Assembly: GCF_009914755.1 (NCBI RefSeq)
Contig: NC_060925.1
Source: the human T2T-CHM13v2.0 reference genome, Homo sapiens
Strand: one strand, 5' to 3'
Length of the DNA: 64,000 bases
Below, one piece after another: positions 12,052-26,500 of the stretch. The notes beneath the pieces were generated by a model, which searched no databases, had not been told where the DNA came from, and saw only the letters and a program-made list of their open reading frames with translations. The position numbers and the translations under genes were made by a program. The first letter of the stretch is position 1; every line of letters starts with the position of its first letter.

Positions 12052-15000
12052 ATGAAATTGAAATGGATGGACTCATCATCGAATGGATTCGAATGGAATC
12101 ATCGAATAAAATTGATTGAAATCATCATCGAATGGAATCGAATGGTATCATTGAATGGAATCGAATGGAATCATCATCAGATGGAAATGAATGGAATCGT
12201 CATAGAATGGAATCGAATGGATTCATTGAATGGAATCAGATGGAATCATCGAATGGACTGGAATGGAATCATTGAATGGACTCGAAAGGGATCATGATTG
12301 AATGGAATTGAATGGAATCATCGAATGGTCTCGATTGGAATCATTATCAAATGGAATCGAATGGAATCACCGAATAGAATCGAATGGAACAATCATCGAA
12401 TGGACTCAAATGGAATTATCCTCAAATGGAATCGAATGGAATTATCGAATGCAATCGAATGGAATTATCGAATGCAATCGAATAGAATCATCGAATGGAC
12501 TCGAATGGAATCATCGAATGGAATGGAATGGAACAGTCAATGAACTCGAATGGAAACATCATTGAATGGAATCGAATGGAATCATCGAGTGGAATCGAAT
12601 GGAATTATGATCAAATGGAATCGAATGTTATCATCATCAAATGGAATCAAAAATAACCATCATCAATTGGTATTGAATGGAATTGTCATCAAATGGAATT
12701 CAAAGAAATCATCATCAAATGGAACCGAATGGAATCCTCATTGAATGGAAATGAAAGGGGTCATCATCTAATGGAATCGCATGGAATCATCATCAAATGG
12801 AATCGAATGGAATCATCATCAAATGGAATCTAATGGAATCATTGAACAGAATTGAATGGAATCGTCATCGAATGAATTGAATGCAATCATCGAATGGTCT
12901 CGAATGGAATCATCTTCTAATGGAAAGGAATGGAATCATCGCATAGAATCGAATGGAATTATCATCGAATGGAATCGAATGGTATCAACACCAAACGGAA
13001 AAAAACGGAATTATCGAATGGAATCGAAGAGAATCTTCGAACGGACCCGAATGGAATCATCTAATGGAATGGAATGGAATAATCCATGGACTCGAATGCA
13101 ATCAAAATCGAATGGAATCGAATGGAATCATCGAATGGACTCGAATGGAATAATCATTGAACGGAATCGAATGGAATCATCATCGGATGGAAACGAATGG
13201 AATCATCATCGAATGGAAATGAAAGGAGTCATCATCTAATGGAATTGCATGGAATCATCATAAAATGGAATCGAATGGAATCAACATCAAATGGAATCAA
13301 ATGGAATCATTGAACGGAATTGAATGGAATCGTCATCGAATGAATTGACTGCAATCATCCAATGGTCTCGAAAGGAATCATCTTCAAATGGAATGGAATG
13401 GAATCATCGCATAGAATCGAATGGAATTATCATCGAATGGAATCGAATGGAATCAACATCAAACGGAAAAAAACGGAATTATCGAATGGAATCGAAGAGA
13501 ATCATCGAATGGACCCGAATGGAATCATCTAATGGAATGGAATGGAATAATCCATGGACTCGAATGCAATCATCATCGAATGGAATCGAATGGAATCATC
13601 GAATGGACTCGAATGGAATAATCATTGAACGGAATCGAATGGAATCATCATCGGATGGAAATGAAAGGAATCATCATCGAATGGAATCGAATAGAATTAT
13701 GGAATGAAATCCAGTGTGATCATCATCGAATGGACCCGAATGGAATCATCATCCAACGGAAGCTAATGGAATCAACATCGAATGAATCGAATGGAAACAC
13801 CATCGAATTGAAACGAATGGAATTATCATGAAATTGAAATGGATGGACTCATCATCGAATGGATTCGAATGGAATCATCGAATAAAATTGATTGAAATCA
13901 TCATCCAATGGAATCGAATGGTATCATTGAATGGAATCGAATGGAATCATCATCAGATGGAAATGAATGGAATCGTCATAGAATGGAATCGAATGGATTC
14001 ATTGAATGGAATCAGATGGAATCATCGAATGGACTGGAATGGAATCATTGAATGGACTCGAAAGGGATCATTATTGAATGGAATTGAATGGAATCATCGA
14101 ATGGTCTCGATTGGAATCATTATCAAATGGAATCGAATGGAATCACCGAATAGAATCGAATGGAACAATCATCGAATGGACTCAAATGGAATTATCCTCC
14201 AATGGAATCGAATGGAATTATCGAATGCAATCGAATGGAATTATCGAATGCAATCGAATAGAATCATCGAATGGACTCGAATGGAATCATCGAATGGAAT
14301 GGAATGGAACAGTCAATGAACTCGAATGGAATCATCATTGAATGGAATCGAATGGAATCATCGAGTGGAATCGAATGGAATTATGATCAAATGGAATCGA
14401 ATGTAATCATCATCAAATGGAATCAAAAATAACCATCATCAATTGGTATTGAATGGAATTGTCATCAAATGGAATTCAAAGGAATCATCATCAAATGGAA
14501 CCGAATGGAATCCTCATTGAATGGAAATGAAAGGGGTCATCATCTAATGGAATCGCATGGAATCATCATCAAATGGAATCGAATGGAATCATCATCAAAT
14601 GGAATCTAATGGAATCATTGAACAGAATTGAATGGAATCGTCATCGAATGAATTGAATGCAATCATCGAATAGTCTCGAATGGAATCATCTTCTAATGGA
14701 AAGGAATGGAATCATCGCATAGAATCGAATGGAATTATCATCGAATGGAATCGAATGGTATCAACACCAAACGGAAAAAAACGGAATTATCGAATGGAAT
14801 CGAAGAGAATCTTCGAACGGACCCGAATGGAATCATCTAATGGAATGGAATGGAATAATCCATGGACTCGAATGCAATCATCATCGAATGGAATCGAATG
14901 GAATCATCGAATGGACTCGAATGGAATAATCATTGAACGGAATCGATTGGAATCATCATCGGATGGAAACGAATGGAATCATCATCGAATGGAAATGAAA

Positions 15001-16090
15001 GGAGTCATCATCTAATGGAATTGCATGGAATCATCATAAAATGGAATCGAATGGAATCAACATCAAATGGAATCAAATGGAATCATTGAACGGAATTGAA
15101 TGGAATCGTCATCGAATGAATTGACTGCAATCATCCAATGGTCTCGAATGGAATCATCTTCAAATGGAATGGAATGGAATCATCGCATAGAATCGAATGG
15201 AATTATCATCGAATGGAATCGAATGGAATCAACATCCAACGGAAAAAAACGGAATTATCGAATGGAATCGAAGAGAATCATCGAATGGACCCGAATGGAA
15301 TCATCTAATGGAATGGAATGGAATAATCCATGGACTCGAATGCAATCATCATCGAATGGAATCGAATGGAATCATCGAATGGACTCGAATGGAATAATCA
15401 TTGAACGGAATCGAATGGAATCATCATCGGATGGAAATGAATGGAATCATCATCGAATGGAATCGAATAGAATTATGGAATGAAATCCAGTGTGATCATC
15501 ATCGAATGGACCCGAATGGAATCATCATCCAACGGAAGCTAATGGAATCAACATCGAATGAATCAAATGGAAACACCATCGAATTGAAACGAATGGAATT
15601 ATCATGAAATTGAAATGGATGGACTCATCATCGAATGGATTCGAATGGAATCATCGAATAAAATTGATTGAAATCATCATCGAATGGAATCGAATGGTAT
15701 CATTGAATGGAATCGAATGGAATCATCATCAGATGGAAATGAATGGAATCGTCATAGAATGGAATCGAATGGATTCATTGAATGGAATCAGATGGAATCA
15801 TCGAATGGACTGGAATGGAATCATTGAATGGACTCGAAAGGGATCATGATTGAATGGAATTGAATGGAATCATCGAATGGTCTCGATTGGAATCATTATC
15901 AAATGGAATCGAATGGAATCACCGAATAGAATCGAATGGAACAATCATCGAATGGACTCAAATGGAATTATCCTCAAATGGAATCGAATGGAATTATCGA
16001 ATGCAATCGAATGGAATTATCGAATGCAATCGAATAGAATCATCGAATGGACTCGAATGGAATCATCGAATGGAATGGAATGGAACAGTC

Positions 16091-17153
16091 AATGAACTCG
16101 AATGGAATCATCATTGAATGGAATCGAATGGAATCATCGAGTGGAATCGAATGGAATTATGATCAAATGGAATCGAATGTAATCATCATCAAATGGAATC
16201 AAAAATAACCATCATCAATTGGTATTGAATGGAATTGTCATCAAATGGAATTCAAAGGAATCATCATCAAATGGAACCGAATGGAATCCTCATTGAATGG
16301 AAATGAAAGGGGTCATCATCTAATGGAATCGCATGGAATCATCATCTAATGGAATCGAATGGAATCATCATCAAATGGAATCTAATGGAATCATTGAACA
16401 GAATTGAATGGAATCGTCATCGAATGAATTGAATGCAATCATCGAATGGTCTCGAATGGAATCATCTTCTAATGGAAAGGAATGGAATCATCGCATAGAA
16501 TCGAATGGAATTATCATCGAATGGAATCGAATGGTATCAACACCAAACGGAAAAAAACGGAATTATCGAATGGAATCGAAGAGAATCTTCGAACGGACCC
16601 GAATGGAATCATCTAATGGAATGGAATGGAATAATCCATGGACTCGAATGCAATCATCATCGAATGGAATCGAATGGAATCATCGAATGGACTCGAATGG
16701 AATAATCATTGAACGGAATCGAATGGAATCATCATCGGATGGAAACGAATGGAATCATCATCGAATGGAAATGAAAGGAGTCATCATCTAATGGAATTGC
16801 ATGGAATCATCATAAAATGGAATCGAATGGAATCAACATCAAATGGAATCAAATGGAATCATTGAACGGAATTGAATGGAATCGTCATCGAATGAATTGA
16901 CTGCAATCATCGAATGGTCTCGAATGGAATCATCTTCAAATGGAATGTAATGGAATCATCGCATAGAATCGAATGGAATTATCATCGAATGGAATCGAAT
17001 GGAATCAACATCAAACGGAAAAAAACGGAATTATCGAATGGAATCGAAGAGAATCATCGAATGGACCCGAATGGAATCATCTAATGGAATGGAATGGAAT
17101 AATCCATGGACTCGAATGCAATCATCATCGAATGGAATCGAATGGAATCATCG
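16091..17153 (+). repeat. 1063-bp short unit (713-bp deletion), copy 1 of 8
   Basis: Junction CATCG-AATG-AACTCGAATGGAATCATCATTG at 17154. Landmark gap 2839 = 1776+1063. Confidence 0.92.
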
Positions 17154-20100
17154 AATGAACTCGAATGGAATCATCATTGAATGGAATCGAATGGAATCAT
17201 CGAGTGGAATCGAATGGAATTATGATCAAATGGAATCGAATGTAATCATCATCAAATGGAATCAAAAATAACCATCATCAATTGGTATTGAATGGAATTG
17301 TCATCAAATGGAATTCAAAGGAATCATCATCAAATGGAACCGAATGGATTCCTCATTGAATGGAAATGAAAGGGGTCATCATCTAATGGAATCGCATGGA
17401 ATCATCATCAAATGGAATCGAATGGAATCATCATCAAATGGAATCTAATGGAATCATTGAACAGAATTGAATGGAATCGTCATCGAATGAATTGAATGCA
17501 ATCATCGAATGGTCTCGAATGGAATCATCTTCTAATGGAAAGGAATGGAATCATCGCATAGAATCGAATGGAATTATCATCGAATGGAATCGAATGGTAT
17601 CAACACCAAACGGAAAAAAACGGAATTATCGAATGGAATCGAAGAGAATCTTCGAACGGACCCGAATGGAATCATCTAATGGAATGGAATGGAATAATCC
17701 ATGGACTCGAATGCAATCATCATCGAATGGAATCGAATGGAATCATCGAATGGACTCGAATGGAATAATCATTGAACGGAATCGAATGGAATCATCATCG
17801 GATGGAAACGAATGGAATCATCATCGAATGGAAATGAAAGGAGTCATCATCTAATGGAATTGCATGGAATCATCATAAAATGGAATCGAATGGAATCAAC
17901 ATCAAATGGAATCAAATGGAATCATTGAACGGAATTGAATGGAATCGTCATCGATTGAATTGACTGCAATCATCGAATGGTCTCGAATGGAATCATCTTC
18001 AAATGGAATGGAATGGAATCATCGCATAGAATCGAATGGAATTATCATCGAATGGAATCGAATGGAATCAACATCAAACGGAAAAAAACGGAATTATCGA
18101 ATGGAATCGAAGAGAATCATCGAATGGACCCGAATGGAATCATCTAATGGAATGGAATGGAATAATCCATGGACTCGAATGCAATCATCATCGAATGGAA
18201 TCGAATGGAATCATCGAATGGACTCTAATGGAATAATCATTGAACGGAAACGAATGGAATCATCGTCGGATGGAAATGAAAGGAATCATCATCGAATGGA
18301 ATCGAATAGAATTATGGAATGAAATCCAGTGTGATCATCATCGAATGGACCCGAATGGAATCATCATCCAACGGAAGCTAATGGAATCAACATCGAATGA
18401 ATCGAATGGAAACACCATCGAATTGAAACGAATGGAATTATCATGAAATTGAAATGGATGGACTCATCATCGAATGGATTCGAATGGAATCATCGAATAA
18501 AATTGATTGAAATCATCATCCAATGGAATCGAATGGTATCATTGAATGGAATCGAATGGAATCATCATCAGATGGAAATGAATGGAATCGTCATAGAATG
18601 GAATCGAATGGATTCATTGAATGGAATCAGATGGAATCATCGAATGGACTGGAATGGAATCATTGAATGGACTCGAAAGGGATCATTATTGAATGGAATT
18701 GAATGGAATCATCGAATGGTCTCGATTGGAATCATTATCAAATGGAATCGAATGGAATCACCGAATAGAATCGAATGGAACAATCATCGAATGGACTCAA
18801 ATGGAATTATCCTCCAATGGAATCGAATGGAATTATCGAATGCAATCGAATGGAATTATCGAATGCAATCAAATAGAATCATCGAATGGACCCGAATGGA
18901 ATCATCGAATGGAATGGAATGGAACAGTCAATGAACTCGAATGGAATCATCATTGAATGGAATCGAATGGAATCATCGAGTGGAATCGAATGGAATTTTG
19001 ATCAAATGGAATCGAATGTAATCATCATCAAATGGAATCAAAAATAACCATCATCAATTGGTATTGAATGGAATTGTCATCAAATGGAATTCAAAGGAAT
19101 CATCATCAAATGGAACCGAATGGAATCCTCATTGAATGGAAATGAAAGGGGTCATCATCTAATGGAATCGCATGGAATCATCATCAAATGGAATCGAATG
19201 GAATCATCATCAAATGGAATCTAATGGAATCATTGAACAGAATTGAATGGAATCGTCATCGAATGAATTGAATGCAATCATCGAATGGTCTCGAATGGAA
19301 TCATCTTCTAATGGAAAGGAATGGAATCATCGCATAGAATCGAATGGAATTATCATCTAATGGAATCGAATGGTATCAACACCAAACGGAAAAAAACGGA
19401 ATTATCGAATGGAATCGAAGAGAATCTTCGAACGGACCCGAATGGAATCATCTAATGGAATGGAATGGAATAATCCATGGACTCGAATGCAATCATCATC
19501 GAATGGAATCGAATGGAATCATCGAATGGACTCGAATGGAATAATCATTGAACGGAATCGAATGGAATCATCATCGGATGGAAACGAATGGAATCATCAT
19601 CGAATGGAAATGAAAGGAGTCATCATCTAATGGAATTGCATGGAATCATCATAAAATGGAATCGAATGGAATCAACATCAAATGGAATCAAATGGAATCA
19701 TTGAACGGAATTGAATGGAATCGTCATCGAATGAATTGACTGCAATCATCCAATGGTCTCGAATGGAATCATCTTCAAATGGAATGGAATGGAATCATCG
19801 CATAGAATCGAATGGAATTATCATCGAATGGAATCGAATGGAATCAACATCAAACGGAAAAAAACGGAATTATCGAATGGAATCGAAGAGAATCATCGAA
19901 TGGACCCGAATGGAATCATCTAATGGAATGGAATGGAATAATCCATGGACTCGAATGCAATCATCATCGAATGGAATCGAATGGAATCACCGAATGGACT
20001 CGAATGGAATAATCATTGAACGGAATTGAATGGAATCATCATCGGATGGAAATGAATGGAATCATCATCGAATGGAATCGAATAGAATTATGGAATGAAA

Positions 20101-22481
20101 TCCAGTGTGATCATCATCGAATGGACCCGAATGGAATCATCATCCAACGGAAGCTAATGGAATCAACATCGAATGAATCGAATGGAAACACCATCGAATT
20201 GAAACGAATGGAATTATCATGAAATTGAAATGGATGGACTCATCATCGAATGGATTCGAATGGAATCATCGAATAAAATTGATTGAAATCATCATCCAAT
20301 GGAATCGAATGGTATCATTGAATGGAATCGAATGGAATCATCATCAGATGGAAATGAATGGAATCGTCATAGAATGGAATCGAATGGATTCATTGAATGG
20401 AATCAGATGGAATCATCGAATGGACTGGAATGGAATCATTGAATGGACTCGAAAGGGATCATTATTGAATGGAATTGAATGGAATCATCGAATGGTCTCT
20501 ATTGGAATCATTATCAAATGGAATCGAATGGAATCACCGAATAGAATCGAATGGAACAATCATCGAATGGACTCAAATGGAATTATCCTCCAATGGAATC
20601 GAATGGAATTATCGAATGCAATCGAATGGAATTATCGAATGCAATCGAATAGAATCATCGAATGGACTCGAATGGAATCATCGAATGGAATGGAATGGAA
20701 CAGTCAATGAACTCGAATGGAATCATCATTGAATGGAATCGAATGGAATCATCGAGTGGAATCGAATGGAATTATGATCAAATGGAATCGAATGTAATCA
20801 TCATCAAATGGAATCAAAAATAACCATCATCAATTGGTATTGAATGGAATTGTCATCAAATGGAATTCAAAGGAATCATCATCAAATGGAACCGAATGGA
20901 ATCCTCATTGAATGGAAATGAAAGGGGTCATCATCTAATGGAATCGCATGGAATCATCATCAAATGGAATCGAATGGAATCATCATCAAATGGAATCTAA
21001 TGGAATCATTGAACAGAATTGAATGGAATCGTCATCGAATGAATTGAATGCAATCATCGAATAGTCTCGAATGGAATCATCTTCTAATGGAAAGGAATGG
21101 AATCATCGCATAGAATCGAATGGAATTATCATCGAATGGAATCGAATGGTATCAACACCAAACGGAAAAAAACGGAATTATCGAATGGAATCGAAGAGAA
21201 TCTTCGAACGGACCCGAATGGAATCATCTAATGGAATGGAATGGAATAATCCATGGACTCGAATGCAATCATCATCGAATGGAATCGAATGGAATCATCG
21301 AATGGACTCGAATGGAATAATCATTGAACGGAATCGATTGGAATCATCATCGGATGGAAACGAATGGAATCATCATCGAATGGAAATGAAAGGAGTCATC
21401 ATCTAATGGAATTGCATGGAATCATCATAAAATGGAATCGAATGGAATCAACATCAAATGGAATCAAATGGAATCATTGAACGGAATTGAATGGAATCGT
21501 CATCGAATGAATTGACTGCAATCATCCAATGGTCTCGAATGGAATCATCTTCAAATGGAATGGAATGGAATCATCGCATAGAATCGAATGGAATTATCAT
21601 CGAATGGAATCGAATGGAATCAACATCCAACGGAAAAAAACGGAATTATCGAATGGAATCGAAGAGAATCATCGAATGGACCCGAATGGAATCATGTAAT
21701 GGAATGGAATGGAATAATCCATGGACTCGAATGCAATCATCATCGAATGGAATCGAATGGAATCATCGAATGGACTCGAATGGAATAATCATTGAACGGA
21801 ATCGAATGGAATCATCATCGGATGGAAATGAATGGAATCATCATCGAATGGAATCGAATAGAATTATGGAATGAAATCCAGTGTGATCATCATCGAATGG
21901 ACCCGAATGGAATCATCATCCAACGGAAGCTAATGGAATCAACATCGAATGAATCAAATGGAAACACCATCGAATTGAAACGAATGGAATTATCATGAAA
22001 TTGAAATGGATGGACTCATCATCGAATGGATTCGAATGGAATCATCGAATAAAATTGATTGAAATCATCATCGAATGGAATCGAATGGTATCATTGAATG
22101 GAATCGAATGGAATCATCATCAGATGGAAATGAATGGAATCGTCATAGAATGGAATCGAATGGATTCATTGAATGGAATCAGATGGAATCATCGAATGGA
22201 CTGGAATGGAATCATTGAATGGACTCGAAAGGGATCATGATTGAATGGAATTGAATGGAATCATCGAATGGTCTCTATTGGAATCATTATCAAATGGAAT
22301 CGAATGGAATCACCGAATAGAATCGAATGGAACAATCATCGAATGGACTCAAATGGAATTATCCTCAAATGGAATCGAATGGAATTATCGAATGCAATCG
22401 AATGGAATTATCGAATGCAATCGAATAGAATCATCGAATGGACTCGAATGGAATCATCGAATGGAATGGAATGGAACAGTC

Positions 22482-23544
22482 AATGAACTCGAATGGAATC
22501 ATCATTGAATGGAATCGAATGGAATCATCGAGTGGAATCGAATGGAATTATGATCAAATGGAATCGAATGTAATCATCATCAAATGGAATCAAAAATAAC
22601 CATCATCAATTGGTATTGAATGGAATTGTCATCAAATGGAATTCAAAGGAATCATCATCAAATGGAACCGAATGGAATCCTCATTGAATGGAAATGAAAG
22701 GGGTCATCATCTAATGGAATCGCATGGAATCATCATCTAATGGAATCGAATGGAATCATCATCAAATGGAATCTAATGGAATCATTGAACAGAATTGAAT
22801 GGAATCGTCATCGAATGAATTGAATGCAATCATCGAATGGTCTCGAATGGAATCATCTTCTAATGGAAAGGAATGGAATCATCGCATAGAATCGAATGGA
22901 ATTATCATCGAATGGAATCGAATGGTATCAACACCAAACGGAAAAAAACGGAATTATCGAATGGAATCGAAGAGAATCTTCGAACGGACCCGAATGGAAT
23001 CATCTAATGGAATGGAATGGAATAATCCATGGACTCGAATGCAATCATCATCGAATGGAATGGAATGGAATCATCGAATGGACTCGAATGGAATAATCAT
23101 TGAACGGAATCGAATGGAATCATCATCGGATGGAAACGAATGGAATCATCATCGAATGGAAATGAAAGGAGTCATCATCTAATGGAATTGCATGGAATCA
23201 TCATAAAATGGAATCGAATGGAATCAACATCAAATGGAATCAAATGGAATCATTGAACGGAATTGAATGGAATCGTCATCGAATGAATTGACTGCAATCA
23301 TCGAATGGTCTCGAATGGAATCATCTTCAAATGGAATGTAATGGAATCATCGCATAGAATCGAATGGAATTATCATCGAATGGAATCGAATGGAATCAAC
23401 ATCAAACGGAAAAAAACGGAATTATCGAATGGAATCGAAGAGAATCATCGAATGGACCCGAATGGAATCATCTAATGGAATGGAATGGAATAATCCATGG
23501 ACTCGAATGCAATCATCATCGAATGGAATCGAATGGAATCATCG
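22482..23544 (+). repeat. 1063-bp short unit, copy 2
   Basis: Same junction at 23545. Confidence 0.92.
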
Positions 23545-26500
23545 AATGAACTCGAATGGAATCATCATTGAATGGAATCGAATGGAATCATCGAGTGGAA
23601 TCGAATGGAATTATGATCAAATGGAATCGAATGTAATCATCATCAAATGGAATCAAAAATAACCATCATCAATTGGTATTGAATGGAATTGTCATCAAAT
23701 GGAATTCAAAGGAATCATCATCAAATGGAACCGAATGGAATCCTCATTGAATGGAAATGAAAGGGGTCATCATCTAATGGAATCGCATGGAATCATCATC
23801 AAATGGAATCGAATGGAATCATCATCAAATGGAATCTAATGGAATCATTGAACAGAATTGAATGGAATCGTCATCGAATGAATTGAATGCAATCATCGAA
23901 TAGTCTCGAATGGAATCATCTTCTAATGGAAAGGAATGGAATCATCGCATAGAATCGAATGGAATTATCATCGAATGGAATCGAATGGTATCAACACCAA
24001 ACGGAAAAAAACGGAATTATCGAATGGAATCGAAGAGAATCTTCGAACGGACCCGAATGGAATCATCTAATGGAATGGAATGGAATAATCCATGGACTCG
24101 AATGCAATCATCATCGAATGGAATCGAATGGAATCATCGAATGGACTCGAATGGAATAATCATTGAACGGAATCGATTGGAATCATCATCGGATGGAAAC
24201 GAATGGAATCATCATCGAATGGAAATGAAAGGAGTCATCATCTAATGGAATTGCATGGAATCATCATAAAATGGAATCGAATGGAATCAACATCAAATGG
24301 AATCAAATGGAATCATTGAACGGAATTGAATGGAATCGTCATCGAGTGAATTGACTGCAATCATCCAATGGTCTCGAATGGAATCATCTTCAAATGGAAT
24401 GGAATGGAATCATCGCATAGAATCGAATGGAATTATCATCGAATGGAATCGAATGGAATCAACATCCAACGGAAAAAAACGGAATTATCGAATGGAATCG
24501 AAGAGAATCATCGAATGGACCCGAATGGAATCATGTAATGGAATGGAATGGAATAATCCATGGACTCGAATGCAATCATCATCGAATGGAATCGAATGGA
24601 ATCATCGAATGGACTCGAATGGAATAATCATTGAACGGAATCGAATGGAATCATCATCGGATAGAAATGAATGGAATCATCATCGAATGGAATCGAATAG
24701 AATTATGGAATGAAATCCAGTGTGATCATCATCGAATGGACCCGAATGGAATCATCATCCAACGGAAGCTAATGGAATCAACATCGAATGAATCAAATGG
24801 AAACACCATCGAATTGAAACGAATGGAATTATCATGAAATTGAAATGGATGGACTCATCATCGAATGGATTCGAATGGAATCATCGAATAAAATTGATTG
24901 AAATCATCATCGAATGGAATCGAATGGTATCATTGAATGGAATCGAATGGAATCATCATCAGATGGAAATGAATGGAATCGTCATAGAATGGAATCGAAT
25001 GGATTCATTGAATGGAATCAGATGGAATCATCGAATGGACTGGAATGGAATCATTGAATGGACTCGAAAGGGATCATTATTGAATGGAATTGAATGGAAT
25101 CATCGAATGGTCTCGATTGGAATCATTATCAAATGGAATCGAATGGAATCACCGAATAGAATCGAATGGAACAATCATCGAATGGACTCAAATGGAATTA
25201 TCCTCAAATGGAATCGAATGGAATTATCGAAATCAATCGAATGGAATTATCGAATGCAATCGAATAGAATCATCGAATGGACTCGAATGGAATCATCGAA
25301 TGGAATGGAATGGAACAGTCAATGAACTCGAATGGAATCATCATTGAATGGAATCGAATGGAATCATCGAGTGGAATCGAATGGAATTATGATCAAATGG
25401 AATCGAATGTAATCATCATCAAATGGAATCAAAAATAACCATCATCAATTGGTATTGAATGGAATTGTCATCAAATGGAATTCAAAGGAATCATCATCAA
25501 ATGGAACCGAATGGAATCCTCATTGAATGGAAATGAAAGGGGTCATCATCTAATGGAATCGCATGGAATCATCATCAAATGGAATCGAATGGAATCATCA
25601 TCAAATGGAATCTAATGGAATCATTGAACAGAATTGAATGGAATCGTCATCGAATGAATTGAATGCAATCATCGAATGGTCTCGAATGGAATCATCTTCT
25701 AATGGAAAGGAATGGAATCATCGCATAGAATCGAATGGAATTATCATCTAATGGAATCGAATGGTATCAACACCAAACGGAAAAAAACGGAATTATCGAA
25801 TGGAATCGAAGAGAATCTTCGAACGGACCCGAATGGAATCATCTAATGGAATGGAATGGAATAATCCATGGACTCGAATGCAATCATCATCGAATGGAAT
25901 CGAATGGAATCATCGAATGGACTCGAATGGAATAATCATTGAACGGAATCGAATGGAATCATCATCGGATGGAAACGAATGGAATCATCATCGAATGGAA
26001 ATGAAAGGAGTCATCATCTAATGGAATTGCATGGAATCATCATAAAATGGAATCGAATGGAATCAACATCAAATGGAATCAAATGGAATCATTGAACGGA
26101 ATTGAATGGAATCGTCATCGAATGAATTGACTGCAATCATCCAATGGTCTCGAATGGAATCATCTTCAAATGGAATGGAATGGAATCATCGCATAGAATC
26201 GAATGGAATTATCATCGAATGGAATCGAATGGAATCAACATCAAACGGAAAAAAACGGAATTATCGAATGGAATCGAAGAGAATCATCGAATGGACCCGA
26301 ATGGAATCATCTAATGGAATGGAATGGAATAATCCATGGACTCGAATGCAATCATCATCGAATGGAATCGAATGGAATCACCGAATGGACTCGAATGGAA
26401 TAATCATTGAACGGAATTGAATGGAATCATCATCGGATGGAAATGAATGGAATCATCATCGAATGGAATCGAATAGAATTATGGAATGAAATCCAGTGTG

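Larger units (their letters stand above)
6407..13586 (+). repeat. 3552-bp tandem duplication (1308-bp unit + 2244-bp unit)
   Basis: Private variants repeat at +3552: AAACAGAATTATCGTATGG (6839/10391), TTCGAATCGAATC (7235/10787), CCAATGTTCT, AATGTTATC, AAAGAAATC, CAATCAAAATCG, CTCGAAAGG. Confidence 0.92.
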
